64,000 nucleotides of DNA from Escherichia coli (GTDB taxonomy: Bacteria > Pseudomonadota > Gammaproteobacteria > Enterobacterales > Enterobacteriaceae): NCBI RefSeq assembly GCF_003334815.1, contig NZ_QOWO01000003.1; one strand, 5' to 3'. The notes beneath the pieces were generated by a model. That model did no database searches. It was not told where the DNA came from and saw only the letters and a program-made list of their open reading frames with translations. This document shows positions 26,060 to 36,792 of this stretch, piece by piece. Position numbers and translations under genes: made by a program. How positions within the stretch are numbered: the stretch's first letter is position 1; each line of letters starts with the position of its first letter.

Positions 26060-28882
26060 TTACAGCATCGGCTTAAGGAAGCGTGCCGTGTGTGATGCTT
26101 CGCACTCCGCGACGGTTTCTGGCGTACCGGAGACGAGGATCTCGCCGCCACCACTGCCGCCTTCTGGTCCCAGGTCGACAATCCAGTCAGCGGTTTTGAT
26201 CACGTCGAGATTGTGCTCAATCACCACAATGGTGTTGCCCTGATCGCGCAGTTTATGCAGTACGTCGAGCAGTTGCTGAATATCGGCGAAGTGCAGACCG
26301 GTGGTCGGCTCGTCGAGAATATACAGCGTCTGCCCGGTGCCGCGTTTTGACAGTTCACGCGCCAGCTTCACGCGCTGGGCTTCACCGCCTGAAAGGGTGG
26401 TTGCGGACTGCCCCAGTCGAATGTACGTCAGGCCAACGTCCATCAACGTTTGCAGCTTACGCGCCAGTGCAGGTACGGCATCAAAGAACTCACGCGCCTC
26501 TTCGATGGTCATATCCAGCACTTCGTGGATGGTTTTGCCTTTGTACTTAATCTCCAGCGTTTCACGGTTATAGCGTTTACCTTTGCACTGGTCGCACGGC
26601 ACGTAGATATCCGGCAGGAAGTGCATCTCCACTTTGATCACGCCATCGCCCTGACAGGCCTCGCAGCGTCCGCCACGAACGTTAAAGCTGAAACGTCCCG
26701 GCGTATAGCCGCGCGCACGGGATTCCGGTACGCCCGCAAACAGTTCGCGCACAGGCGTAAACACGCCGGTATAGGTCGCCGGGTTAGAACGTGGAGTACG
26801 ACCAATTGGGCTTTGGTCGATATCGATCACTTTATCGAAATGCTCCAGCCCCTGAATATCGCGATACGGTGCTGGTTCGGCGATGGTCGCCCCATTCAAC
26901 TGGCGTTGGGCAATCGGGAACAGTGTGTCGTTAATCAGCGTCGATTTACCGGAACCTGAAACCCCGGTGATGCAGGTAAACAGACCCACCGGCAGCGTCA
27001 GCGTCACGTCCTTCAGGTTGTTGCCGCGTGCGCCTGTCAGCTTCAGCACTTTTTCCGGATTCGCCGGAACGCGTTTCTTCGGCACTTCAATCTTGCGTTT
27101 GCCGCTCATGTACTGCCCGGTCAACGACTCCGGCACCGCCATAATCGCTTCCAGCGGACCTTCTGCGACCACTTCACCGCCGTGAACACCTGCGCCCGGG
27201 CCAATGTCGATCACATGGTCAGCGGCGCGAATTGCGTCTTCGTCGTGCTCCACCACAATCACGGTATTACCGAGATCGCGCAGATGGATAAGCGTACCCA
27301 ACAGGCGCTCGTTATCACGCTGGTGCAGGCCGATAGACGGCTCGTCCAGCACGTACATAACGCCAACCAGGCCCGCACCAATCTGGCTCGCCAGACGGAT
27401 ACGCTGTGCTTCACCGCCAGAAAGCGTTTCTGCCGAGCGGGAAAGCGTCAGGTAATTCAGGCCGACGTTAACGAGGAATTTCAGACGATCGCCGATCTCT
27501 TTAAGGATTTTTTCTGCAATCTTCGCCCGCTGACCTGCGAGTTTGAGATTGTTGAAGAATTCCATCGCATGACCAATGCTCATGTCGGAGATAGCAGGCA
27601 GCGGCGTATTCTCGACATACACGTGGCGCGCTTCCCGACGCAGACGCGTCCCTTCGCAGCTGGCGCACGGACGATTACTGATAAACTTGGCTAATTCTTC
27701 GCGTACCGCGCTGGATTCCGTCTCTTTATAGCGGCGCTCCATATTATGCAGCACGCCTTCGAACGGATGACGACGAATGGAGGTATCGCCACGATCGTTC
27801 ATGTATTTGAATTCAATGTTTTCTTTGCCAGAACCGTACAACACCACTTTATGCACGTTCGCGCTCAGGCTGCCCCACGGCGCTTCGACGTCGAACTTAT
27901 AGTGATCTGCCAGCGATTTCAGCATCTGGAAATAATAGAAGTTGCGGCGATCCCAGCCACGGATCGCACCACCAGCCAGCGACAGTTCCGGATTCTGGAT
28001 CACTCGATCAGGATCGAAATATTGCTGTACGCCAAGGCCGTCGCAGGTCGGGCAGGCCCCCGCCGGGTTGTTAAACGAAAACAGTCGCGGCTCCAGTTCA
28101 CGCATACTGTAGCCGCAAATTGGGCAGGCGAAGTTGGCGGAGAACAGCAGCTCTTCCGCTTTCGGGTCGTCCATATCCGCCACTACCGCGGTACCACCGG
28201 AAAGCTCCAGCGCGGTTTCAAATGACTCGGCAAGACGTTGGGTAAGATCGTCACGCACCTTGAAGCGATCAACCACCACTTCAATGGTATGTTTCTTTTG
28301 CAGTTCCAGTTTTGGCGGATCGGAAAGATCGCAGACTTCGCCATCAATACGAGCACGGATGTAGCCCTGGCTTGCCAGGTTCTCCAGCGTTTTGGTGTGT
28401 TCGCCTTTGCGCTCTTTAATGATTGGCGCGAGTAGCATCAGACGCTTGCCTTCCGGCTGCGACAGCACGTTATCCACCATCTGGCTGACGGTTTGCGCCG
28501 CCAGCGGGACGTCGTGGTCCGGACAGCGCGGCTCGCCAACGCGGGCGAATAACAAACGCAAATAGTCGTGGATTTCGGTGATTGTCCCCACCGTAGAACG
28601 CGGGTTATGAGACGTCGATTTCTGCTCAATTGAGATGGCAGGAGAAAGCCCCTCAATATGATCGACGTCCGGCTTTTCCATCAGTGACAGAAACTGCCGC
28701 GCGTAGGCGGAAAGGGATTCAACGTAACGGCGCTGCCCTTCGGCATATAAGGTGTCGAAAGCGAGCGAGGATTTGCCAGAACCCGAAAGCCCGGTCACGA
28801 CAATGAGCTTGTCGCGGGGGATAACGAGGTTGATGTTTTTGAGATTATGGGTGCGGGCGCCCCGAACTTCGATCTTATCCAT
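26060..28882 (-). CDS. uvrA: Excinuclease ABC subunit A UvrA (940 aa)
   Basis: [64 protein letters not shown]...; two ABC ATPase modules, zinc-finger Cys pairs. Confidence 0.98.
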   Translation of the reverse strand: MDKIEVRGARTHNLKNINLVIPRDKLIVVTGLSGSGKSSLAFDTLYAEGQRRYVESLSAYARQFLSLMEKPDVDHIEGLSPAISIEQKSTSHNPRSTVGTITEIHDYLRLLFARVGEPRCPDHDVPLAAQTVSQMVDNVLSQPEGKRLMLLAPIIKERKGEHTKTLENLASQGYIRARIDGEVCDLSDPPKLELQKKHTIEVVVDRFKVRDDLTQRLAESFETALELSGGTAVVADMDDPKAEELLFSANFACPICGYSMRELEPRLFSFNNPAGACPTCDGLGVQQYFDPDRVIQNPELSLAGGAIRGWDRRNFYYFQMLKSLADHYKFDVEAPWGSLSANVHKVVLYGSGKENIEFKYMNDRGDTSIRRHPFEGVLHNMERRYKETESSAVREELAKFISNRPCASCEGTRLRREARHVYVENTPLPAISDMSIGHAMEFFNNLKLAGQRAKIAEKILKEIGDRLKFLVNVGLNYLTLSRSAETLSGGEAQRIRLASQIGAGLVGVMYVLDEPSIGLHQRDNERLLGTLIHLRDLGNTVIVVEHDEDAIRAADHVIDIGPGAGVHGGEVVAEGPLEAIMAVPESLTGQYMSGKRKIEVPKKRVPANPEKVLKLTGARGNNLKDVTLTLPVGLFTCITGVSGSGKSTLINDTLFPIAQRQLNGATIAEPAPYRDIQGLEHFDKVIDIDQSPIGRTPRSNPATYTGVFTPVRELFAGVPESRARGYTPGRFSFNVRGGRCEACQGDGVIKVEMHFLPDIYVPCDQCKGKRYNRETLEIKYKGKTIHEVLDMTIEEAREFFDAVPALARKLQTLMDVGLTYIRLGQSATTLSGGEAQRVKLARELSKRGTGQTLYILDEPTTGLHFADIQQLLDVLHKLRDQGNTIVVIEHNLDVIKTADWIVDLGPEGGSGGGEILVSGTPETVAECEASHTARFLKPML

Positions 28883-28967
28883 TCACCTTTCCCGGATTAA
28901 ACGCTTTTTTGCCCGGTGGCATGGTGCTACCGGCGATCACAAACGGTTAATTATGACACAAATTGAC

Positions 28968-28983
28968 CTGAATGAATATACAG
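28968..28983. promoter_or_regulatory. LexA (SOS) box shared by the divergent uvrA and ssb promoters
   Basis: Plus strand ctgaatgaatatacag = reverse complement CTGTATATTCATTCAG (CTGT-N8-ACAG), between uvrA start (28882) and ssb start (29136). Confidence 0.8.
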
Positions 28984-29135
28984 TATTGGAATGCATTACC
29001 CGGAGTGTTGTGTAACAATGTCTGGCCAGGTTTGTTTCCCGGAACCGAGGTCACAACATAGTAAAAGCGCTATTGGTAATGGTACAATCGCGCGTTTACA
29101 CTTATTCAGAACGATTTTTTTCAGGAGACACGAAC

Positions 29136-29672
29136 ATGGCCAGCAGAGGCGTAAACAAGGTTATTCTCGTTGGTAATCTGGGTCAGGACCCGGAAGTACG
29201 CTACATGCCAAATGGTGGCGCAGTTGCCAACATTACGCTGGCTACTTCCGAATCCTGGCGTGATAAAGCGACCGGCGAGATGAAAGAACAGACTGAATGG
29301 CACCGCGTTGTGCTGTTCGGCAAACTGGCAGAAGTGGCGAGCGAATATCTGCGTAAAGGTTCTCAGGTTTATATCGAAGGTCAGCTGCGTACCCGTAAAT
29401 GGACCGATCAATCCGGTCAGGATCGCTACACCACAGAAGTCGTGGTGAACGTTGGCGGCACCATGCAGATGCTGGGTGGTCGTCAGGGTGGTGGCGCTCC
29501 GGCAGGTGGCAATATCGGTGGTGGTCAGCCGCAGGGCGGTTGGGGTCAGCCTCAGCAGCCGCAGGGTGGCAATCAGTTCAGCGGCGGCGCGCAGTCTCGC
29601 CCGCAGCAGTCCGCTCCGGCAGCGCCGTCTAACGAGCCGCCGATGGACTTTGATGATGACATTCCGTTCTGA
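29136..29672 (+). CDS. ssb: Single-stranded DNA-binding protein SSB (178 aa)
   Basis: [89 protein letters not shown]...; Gly/Gln-rich linker and acidic tip DFDDDIPF. Confidence 0.97.
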   Translation: MASRGVNKVILVGNLGQDPEVRYMPNGGAVANITLATSESWRDKATGEMKEQTEWHRVVLFGKLAEVASEYLRKGSQVYIEGQLRTRKWTDQSGQDRYTTEVVVNVGGTMQMLGGRQGGGAPAGGNIGGGQPQGGWGQPQQPQGGNQFSGGAQSRPQQSAPAAPSNEPPMDFDDDIPF

Positions 29673-29740
29673 TTTGTCATTAAAACAATAGGTTATATTG
29701 TTTTAAGGTGGATGATTAAAGCATCTGCCAGCCATAAAAA

Positions 29741-29765
29741 AGAAGCCTCCGTTATGGAGGCTTCT
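29741..29765 (-). terminator. Rho-independent terminator of yjcB (hairpin between convergent ssb and yjcB)
   Basis: agaagcctccgttatggaggcttct; on the minus strand followed by ttttttatgg. Confidence 0.65.
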
Positions 29766-29770
29766 ACGTA

Positions 29771-30052
29771 TCAGGTCAAAATCATTGGCCATTGTGGCGG
29801 TGTCTGATTCATCTCTTCTATCATCACCGACTCGATGTTGTGCCAGATAGCGGTGATGTCCGCCATTGTGATGCCAAGCAACCCCATTGCGAACCAACAG
29901 GCGGAAACAACGCCCAGACCGCTGCTGATCACCGCAAGCCCGACATAATCAGACCGACGAAAACGGATGTTGAGTGTGCTGGCCAGAAACATCATTACGG
30001 CACTAAGAAGTTGCCAGCGAAGAAGAACCACGCCAGTGGTGAGGGTAGCCAT
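29771..30052 (-). CDS. yjcB: Small inner-membrane protein YjcB (93 aa)
   Basis: MATLTTGVVLLRWQLLSAVMMFLASTLNIRFRRSDYVGLAVISSGLGVVSACWFAMGLLGITMADITAIWHNIESVMIEEMNQTPPQWPMILT. Confidence 0.8.
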   Translation of the reverse strand: MATLTTGVVLLRWQLLSAVMMFLASTLNIRFRRSDYVGLAVISSGLGVVSACWFAMGLLGITMADITAIWHNIESVMIEEMNQTPPQWPMILT

Positions 30053-30481
30053 CAAACAATTCCTCTGAAAAGAGCCGATGCCCTGGACAGCGCGGCGTTG
30101 TTCACGGGAGGCGTGGTACACTCTGGCTATCGCGGGGCTTGCAGAACACAAAAATGAAACACTCTGTTTGTTTCATTAATTTTGTGAACTATATCACAAT
30201 TGATTGTTTGTTAGCCATATTAGGCCGTGACTTTTATTGCTGTACAGATTATGTGGTTTTTCAGTGGCATTAAGGGCATATCTTCCCGCCGCCTCTGCAT
30301 TCCTGTAGGAAATTAATTTTGAATATCAATGAATTATTTTCATCCAGGTGACGATTAGAAAGGTATCAATTTCAAATCAGGCAAAAGTGCTATTTATACC
30401 GTAAGATTTATCTAAAGACGTCGGTACCCAGGGTTTTCACCTTGCAATGGCCGGGTATAAACAGGCAGGAAATTGATAGCA

Positions 30482-32068
30482 ATGAGTCATCGTGCACGAC
30501 ACCAATTACTGGCGTTGCCGGGCATTATCTTTTTAGTTCTCTTTCCCATCATTCTTTCGCTATGGATTGCCTTCCTTTGGGCAAAATCAGAAGTGAATAA
30601 TCAGCTCCGAACCTTTGCTCAACTGGCACTGGATAAATCCGAGCTGGTCATTCGCCAGGCAGATTTAGTGAGCGATGCAGCTGAACGCTATCAGGGGCAA
30701 GTTTGCACTCCAGCCCATCAAAAGCGAATGTTGAATATTATTCGTGGCTATCTTTATATTAATGAATTGATCTATGCCCGTGATAACCATTTTTTATGCT
30801 CATCGCTGATAGCGCCTGTAAACGGCTATACGATTGCACCGGCCGATTATAAGCGTGAACCTAACGTTTCTATCTATTATTACCGCGATACGCCTTTTTT
30901 CTCTGGCTATAAAATGACCTATATGCAGCGGGGAAATTATGTGGCGGTTATCAACCCTCTCTTCTGGAGTGAAGTGATGTCTGATGACCCGACATTGCAA
31001 TGGGGTGTGTATGATACGGTGACGAAAACCTTTTTCTCGTTAAGCAAAGAGGCCTCGGCAGCAACGTTTTCTCCGCTGATTCATTTGAAGGATTTAACCG
31101 TACAAAGAAATGGCTATTTATATGCGACAGTTTATTCGACAAAACGCCCAATTGCAGCCATTGTTGCGACTTCATATCAACGTCTTATAACCCATTTTTA
31201 TAATCATCTTATTTTTGCGTTGCCCGCCGGTATTTTGGGGAGTCTTGTTCTGCTATTACTCTGGCTACGTATTCGACAAAACTATTTATCTCCCAAACGT
31301 AAATTGCAACGCGCCCTCGAAAAACATCAACTTTGTCTTTATTACCAGCCAATAATCGATATCAAAACAGAAAAATGTATCGGCGCTGAAGCGTTGTTAC
31401 GTTGGCCTGGTGAGCAGGGGCAAATAATGAATCCGGCAGAGTTTATTCCGCTGGCAGAAAAGGAGGGGATGATAGAACAGATAACTGATTATGTTATTGA
31501 TAATGTCTTCCGCGATCTGGGCGATTACCTGGCAACACATGCAGATCGCTATGTTTCTATTAACCTGTCGGCCTCCGATTTTCATACGTCACGGTTGATA
31601 GCGCGAATCAATCAGAAAACAGAGCAATACGCGGTGCGTCCGCAGCAAATTAAATTTGAAGTGACTGAGCATGCATTTCTTGATGTTGACAAAATGACGC
31701 CGATTATTCTGGCTTTCCGCCAGGCAGGTTACGAAGTGGCAATTGATGATTTTGGTATTGGCTACTCTAACTTGCATAACCTTAAATCATTGAATGTCGA
31801 TATTTTGAAAATCGACAAATCGTTTGTTGAAACGCTGACCACCCACAAAACCAGTCATTTGATTGCGGAACACATCATCGAGCTGGCGCACAGCCTGGGG
31901 TTAAAAACGATCGCTGAAGGCGTCGAAACTGAGGAGCAGGTTAACTGGCTGCGCAAACGCGGCGTGCGCTATTGCCAGGGATGGTTCTTTGCGAAGGCGA
32001 TGCCGCCGCAGGTGTTTATGCAATGGATGGAGCAATTACCCGCGCGGGAGTTAACGCGCGGGCAATAA
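30482..32068 (+). CDS. pdeC: c-di-GMP phosphodiesterase PdeC (YjcC; CSS-motif sensor plus EAL domain, 528 aa)
   Basis: [35 protein letters not shown]...; C-terminal EAL-domain motifs ([37 protein letters not shown]). Confidence 0.93.
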
Positions 32069-32070
32069 AA

Positions 32071-32394
32071 TTACAGGCGGTGGCGATAATCGCTGGGAGT
32101 GCGATCAAACTGCCGACGGAAAACGCGGGAGAAGGTCTGCTGCGAGACATAACCCAGGTCCATTGCGATATCAAAAATCGGACGCTCGGTGGTGCGCAAC
32201 TCAACGGCGGCCAGTAACAGGCGGCGTTGGCGAATGTAATCGCCAAGCGTCTGATGCGTCACCGTGCGGAACATTCGTTGCAAGTACCACTTTGAATAGC
32301 CTGATTTTTTTGCGACTACATCAATGTTAAGCGGCTGGTCAATATGCTCGTCAATCCATGCGATAAGATCCTGAATAATTTTCTGATGGGACAT
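32071..32394 (-). CDS. soxS: Superoxide-response AraC-family activator SoxS (107 aa)
   Basis: MSHQKIIQDLIAWIDEHIDQPLNIDVVAKKSGYSKWYLQRMFRTVTHQTLGDYIRQRRLLLAAVELRTTERPIFDIAMDLGYVSQQTFSRVFRRQFDRTPSDYRHRL. Confidence 0.97.
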   Translation of the reverse strand: MSHQKIIQDLIAWIDEHIDQPLNIDVVAKKSGYSKWYLQRMFRTVTHQTLGDYIRQRRLLLAAVELRTTERPIFDIAMDLGYVSQQTFSRVFRRQFDRTPSDYRHRL

Positions 32395-32450
32395 AAATCT
32401 GCCTCTTTTCAGTGTTCAGTTCGTTAATTCATCTGTTGGGGAGTATAATT

Positions 32451-32468
32451 CCTCAAGTTAACTTGAGG
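32451..32468. promoter_or_regulatory. SoxR operator within the soxS promoter (divergent soxS/soxR control region)
   Basis: Perfect palindrome CCTCAAGTTAACTTGAGG; on the soxS strand it sits between TTTACC and TATACT hexamers with a long spacer, as expected for a MerR-type promoter. Confidence 0.85.
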
Positions 32469-32479
32469 TAAAGCGATTT

Positions 32480-32944
32480 ATGGAAAAGAAATTACCCCGC
32501 ATTAAAGCGCTGCTAACCCCCGGCGAAGTGGCGAAACGCAGCGGTGTGGCGGTATCGGCGCTGCATTTCTATGAAAGTAAAGGGTTGATTACCAGTATCC
32601 GTAACAGCGGCAATCAGCGGCGATATAAACGTGATGTGTTGCGATATGTTGCAATTATCAAAATTGCTCAGCGTATTGGCATTCCGCTGGCGACCATTGG
32701 TGAAGCGTTTGGCGTGTTGCCCGAAGGGCATACGTTAAGTGCGAAAGAGTGGAAACAGCTTTCGTCCCAATGGCGAGAAGAGTTGGATCGGCGCATTCAT
32801 ACCTTAGTGGCGCTGCGTGACGAACTGGACGGATGTATTGGTTGTGGCTGCCTTTCGCGCAGTGATTGCCCGTTGCGTAACCCGGGCGACCGCTTAGGAG
32901 AAGAAGGTACCGGCGCACGCTTGCTGGAAGATGAACAAAACTAA
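32480..32944 (+). CDS. soxR: Redox-sensing MerR-family regulator SoxR (154 aa)
   Basis: [70 protein letters not shown]...; C-terminal [2Fe-2S] motif [12 protein letters not shown]. Confidence 0.97.
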   Translation: MEKKLPRIKALLTPGEVAKRSGVAVSALHFYESKGLITSIRNSGNQRRYKRDVLRYVAIIKIAQRIGIPLATIGEAFGVLPEGHTLSAKEWKQLSSQWREELDRRIHTLVALRDELDGCIGCGCLSRSDCPLRNPGDRLGEEGTGARLLEDEQN

Positions 32945-33080
32945 AGCGCCACAAGGGCGCTTTAGTTTGTTTTCCGGTCTTTGTCTTTCTCTCTATCCCG
33001 CTGGTACACAGGAGGGTTTCCCCCGACGTCAACACACCTCATTCGAGCACGTGGTGGAGGTTCCGGTTGGTGTTGATGCT
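32938..33080 (-). ncRNA. ryjA: Possible small RNA RyjA (recalled from literature as lying between soxR and yjcD; boundaries approximate)
   Basis: Not verifiable from sequence alone: the 545-bp soxR-ghxP gap is far larger than a simple promoter needs and the soxR terminator hairpin is also a good terminator on the minus strand. Strand and ends are from memory. Confidence 0.25.
32942..32975. terminator. Bidirectional hairpin terminator at the soxR 3' end
   Basis: taaagcgccacaagggcgcttta flanked by tttgtttt on the plus strand and ttttgtt on the minus strand. Confidence 0.55.
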
Positions 33081-33489
33081 TTAATTGTATGTCACCGACG
33101 TTTCTTCGCCAGTGTAAAAGTATACTTTTTAACCGCAATATTTTTGTCATCTCAGACGATTTTTTATCGCAATCCTGAACGGTATACGGCTCGATAACGC
33201 TGCAATCTTGCGCACCGACGATAACGTTTGCGCATCAATTGCCTGGTTTTTCATCGTCAAGACAATAAAAGAGAAAAAAGCAGCAAACTTCGGTTGAAAA
33301 AGCCGCTATGATCGCCGGATAATCGTTTGCTTTTTTTACCACCCGTTTTGTATGCGCGGAGCTAAACGTTTGCTTTTTTGCGACGCAGCAAATTGTCGCA
33401 AACCTGGAGCAGGAAGATAACGTTTCGCTGGCAGGGGATTGTCCGCCACGCATCTTGACGAAAATTAAACTCTCAGGGGATGTTTTCTT

Positions 33490-34839
33490 ATGTCTACGCC
33501 ATCAGCGCGTACCGGCGGTTCACTCGACGCCTGGTTTAAAATTTCACAACGTGGAAGCACTGTCCGTCAGGAAGTGGTTGCCGGGTTAACAACGTTTCTG
33601 GCGATGGTCTACTCGGTCATCGTCGTTCCAGGTATGTTGGGTAAAGCAGGCTTCCCGCCTGCGGCAGTTTTCGTTGCAACCTGTCTGGTTGCCGGACTCG
33701 GTTCTATCGTGATGGGTCTGTGGGCTAATCTGCCGTTGGCGATTGGTTGCGCCATCTCCCTGACAGCGTTTACCGCATTCAGCCTGGTGCTGGGGCAACA
33801 TATTAGCGTACCTGTCGCGCTGGGTGCCGTGTTCCTGATGGGTGTGCTGTTTACGGTAATTTCTGCCACGGGTATCCGTAGCTGGATTTTGCGCAACTTG
33901 CCTCACGGTGTGGCGCACGGCACGGGGATTGGTATCGGTCTGTTCCTGCTGCTCATTGCCGCTAACGGTGTCGGTCTGGTGATTAAAAACCCGCTTGATG
34001 GTCTGCCCGTTGCGCTGGGTGATTTCGCGACCTTCCCGGTGATTATGTCACTGGTAGGTCTGGCGGTGATCATCGGCCTGGAAAAACTGAAAGTCCCTGG
34101 TGGCATTCTGCTGACCATTATCGGTATCTCAATTGTCGGTTTGATCTTCGATCCTAACGTCCATTTCTCCGGCGTTTTCGCCATGCCTTCATTGAGCGAT
34201 GAAAACGGCAATTCACTGATTGGCAGCCTGGACATTATGGGCGCGCTGAATCCTGTAGTCCTGCCAAGCGTTCTGGCGCTGGTGATGACGGCAGTATTTG
34301 ATGCCACCGGAACTATCCGTGCCGTCGCCGGCCAGGCGAACCTGCTGGATAAAGATGGGCAGATCATCGACGGTGGGAAAGCACTGACCACTGACTCCAT
34401 GAGCAGCGTTTTCTCTGGCCTGGTGGGTGCGGCTCCGGCAGCGGTATACATCGAGTCTGCGGCGGGTACGGCGGCGGGCGGTAAAACCGGTTTGACGGCT
34501 ATCACCGTTGGCGTGCTGTTCCTCCTGATTCTGTTCCTCTCTCCGCTCTCTTACCTCGTTCCGGGGTATGCAACGGCTCCGGCGCTGATGTACGTTGGCC
34601 TGCTGATGCTGAGCAACGTGGCGAAAATCGACTTTGCTGATTTTGTTGATGCGATGGCGGGTCTGGTTACGGCTGTATTCATCGTGCTGACCTGTAACAT
34701 CGTAACAGGCATCATGATCGGCTTCGCGACTCTGGTGATTGGTCGTCTGGTTTCCGGCGAATGGCGCAAGTTGAACATCGGTACGGTCGTTATCGCCGTG
34801 GCGCTGGTGACCTTCTATGCGGGTGGCTGGGCTATCTAA
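33490..34839 (+). CDS. ghxP: Guanine/hypoxanthine permease GhxP (YjcD; NCS2/AzgA family, 449 aa)
   Basis: [51 protein letters not shown]...; multi-TM NCS2-type transporter. Confidence 0.92.
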
Positions 34840-34989
34840 TCTTTCATCGGATTCTGAAAACGGGTGGCAATGGCTGCCCGTTTTTATTTTCTCCGCACAT
34901 TGTGTGAGCTTTTGCGATATTCTGAAAAAATGAGAATTCAGGCATAACGTCTTTCTCAGATCATAAAAAACATCGCAAACAGGGAACGC

Positions 34990-36639
34990 ATGGAAATCTT
35001 CTTCACCATACTGATAATGACCCTCGTGGTCTCGCTGTCCGGGGTGGTCACTCGTGTCATGCCCTTTCAGATCCCGCTTCCGCTTATGCAAATCGCCATC
35101 GGTGCGCTACTGGCGTGGCCGACGTTTGGTTTGCATGTGGAGTTTGATCCTGAACTCTTTTTAGTCTTGTTTATCCCGCCGTTGCTGTTCGCTGATGGCT
35201 GGAAAACGCCGACCCGTGAATTTCTCGAACATGGTCGAGAGATTTTCGGCCTCGCGCTGGCGCTGGTGGTGGTCACCGTGGTCGGCATTGGCTTCCTTAT
35301 TTACTGGGTGGTGCCGGGCATTCCGCTGATCCCTGCCTTTGCGCTGGCGGCGGTGCTTTCTCCGACCGATGCTGTGGCGCTCTCCGGGATTGTTGGCGAA
35401 GGGCGCATCCCGAAAAAAATCATGGGCATTTTGCAGGGCGAAGCGTTGATGAATGACGCCTCCGGTCTGGTGTCGTTGAAGTTTGCCGTAGCAGTGGCGA
35501 TGGGGACGATGATCTTCACCGTCGGCGGTGCGACGGTCGAATTTATGAAAGTAGCCATTGGCGGTATTCTCGCCGGTTTTGTGGTGAGCTGGCTGTACGG
35601 TCGCTCGCTGCGATTCCTCAGCCGCTGGGGCGGTGATGAACCCGCGACGCAGATCGTCCTGCTGTTCCTGCTGCCATTCGCTTCTTATCTGATTGCCGAA
35701 CATATTGGCGTTTCCGGCATCCTCGCTGCGGTTGCCGCCGGGATGACCATCACCCGCTCCGGTGTGATGCGCCGTGCGCCGCTGGCAATGCGCCTGCGTG
35801 CAAACAGCACCTGGGCGATGCTGGAATTTGTCTTTAACGGCATGGTGTTCCTGCTGTTAGGTCTGCAGCTGCCGGGTATTCTGGAGACGTCGCTGATGGC
35901 AGCAGAAATCGACCCTAACGTCGAAATCTGGATGCTGTTTACCGATATTATTCTGATATATGCGGCGCTGATGCTGGTCCGTTTCGGCTGGCTGTGGACG
36001 ATGAAAAAGTTCAGCAACCGCTTCCTGAAGAAGAAGCCGATGGAGTTTGGTTCGTGGACCACACGAGAAATCCTGATCGCGTCTTTCGCCGGGGTGCGTG
36101 GGGCGATCACTCTGGCCGGTGTGCTCTCTATCCCGCTGCTCTTGCCGGATGGTAACGTCTTCCCGGCGCGCTATGAGCTGGTGTTCCTGGCGGCTGGCGT
36201 CATTCTCTTCTCGCTGTTTGTCGGCGTGGTGATGTTGCCTATTCTGCTACAACACATTGAAGTCGCGGATCATTCGCAACAATTGAAAGAGGAACGTATT
36301 GCGCGAGCGGCAACGGCAGAAGTGGCGATTGTGGCGATCCAGAAAATGGAGGAGCGTCTGGCGGCGGATACCGAAGAGAATATCGATAACCAGCTGCTTA
36401 CGGAGGTCAGTTCTCGCGTCATTGGTAACCTGCGTCGTCGCGCCGATGGACGTAACGACGTTGAAAGTTCCGTGCAGGAAGAGAACCTTGAGCGTCGCTT
36501 CCGTCTGGCGGCATTGCGTTCTGAACGTGCTGAACTTTACCACCTGCGCGCCACACGGGAGATCAGCAACGAAACGCTGCAAAAATTACTGCACGATCTC
36601 GATTTGCTTGAAGCGTTGCTAATTGAGGAAAATCAGTAA
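34990..36639 (+). CDS. yjcE: Putative Na+/H+ exchanger YjcE (CPA1 family, 549 aa)
   Basis: MEIFFTILIMTLVVSLSGVVTRVMPFQIPLPLMQIAIGALLAWPTFGL...; 12-TM antiporter-like N-terminal region plus charged coiled C-terminal tail. Confidence 0.92.
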   Translation: MEIFFTILIMTLVVSLSGVVTRVMPFQIPLPLMQIAIGALLAWPTFGLHVEFDPELFLVLFIPPLLFADGWKTPTREFLEHGREIFGLALALVVVTVVGIGFLIYWVVPGIPLIPAFALAAVLSPTDAVALSGIVGEGRIPKKIMGILQGEALMNDASGLVSLKFAVAVAMGTMIFTVGGATVEFMKVAIGGILAGFVVSWLYGRSLRFLSRWGGDEPATQIVLLFLLPFASYLIAEHIGVSGILAAVAAGMTITRSGVMRRAPLAMRLRANSTWAMLEFVFNGMVFLLLGLQLPGILETSLMAAEIDPNVEIWMLFTDIILIYAALMLVRFGWLWTMKKFSNRFLKKKPMEFGSWTTREILIASFAGVRGAITLAGVLSIPLLLPDGNVFPARYELVFLAAGVILFSLFVGVVMLPILLQHIEVADHSQQLKEERIARAATAEVAIVAIQKMEERLAADTEENIDNQLLTEVSSRVIGNLRRRADGRNDVESSVQEENLERRFRLAALRSERAELYHLRATREISNETLQKLLHDLDLLEALLIEENQ

Positions 36640-36792
36640 GCCGAAAGCGACGTAACCAGGCCCGAGGTAATCTGAAAAAGGTGCAATCTTTTGCACCTTT
36701 AACAGGTTAGCTCGGGCTAACATTCATGATTCTAAAACAAATAAGTTATCTCTCTTTTAAAGTCAATTCATTGGCTGTTCTTCGACTTAACT

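Noticed and set aside
29450-29640. Gly/Gln/Pro-rich low-complexity coding stretch, and overlapping track ORFs 29399..29632 and 29452..29691
   Set aside because: This is the known disordered C-terminal linker of SSB; the overlapping ORFs are alternative-frame artefacts of the GC-rich repeat.
34213-35091. 292-codon minus-strand ORF overlapping the 3' end of ghxP and the ghxP-yjcE gap
   Set aside because: Arg/His/Gln-rich, low-complexity translation typical of the antisense strand of a GC-rich membrane-protein gene; no RBS context or recognisable domain.
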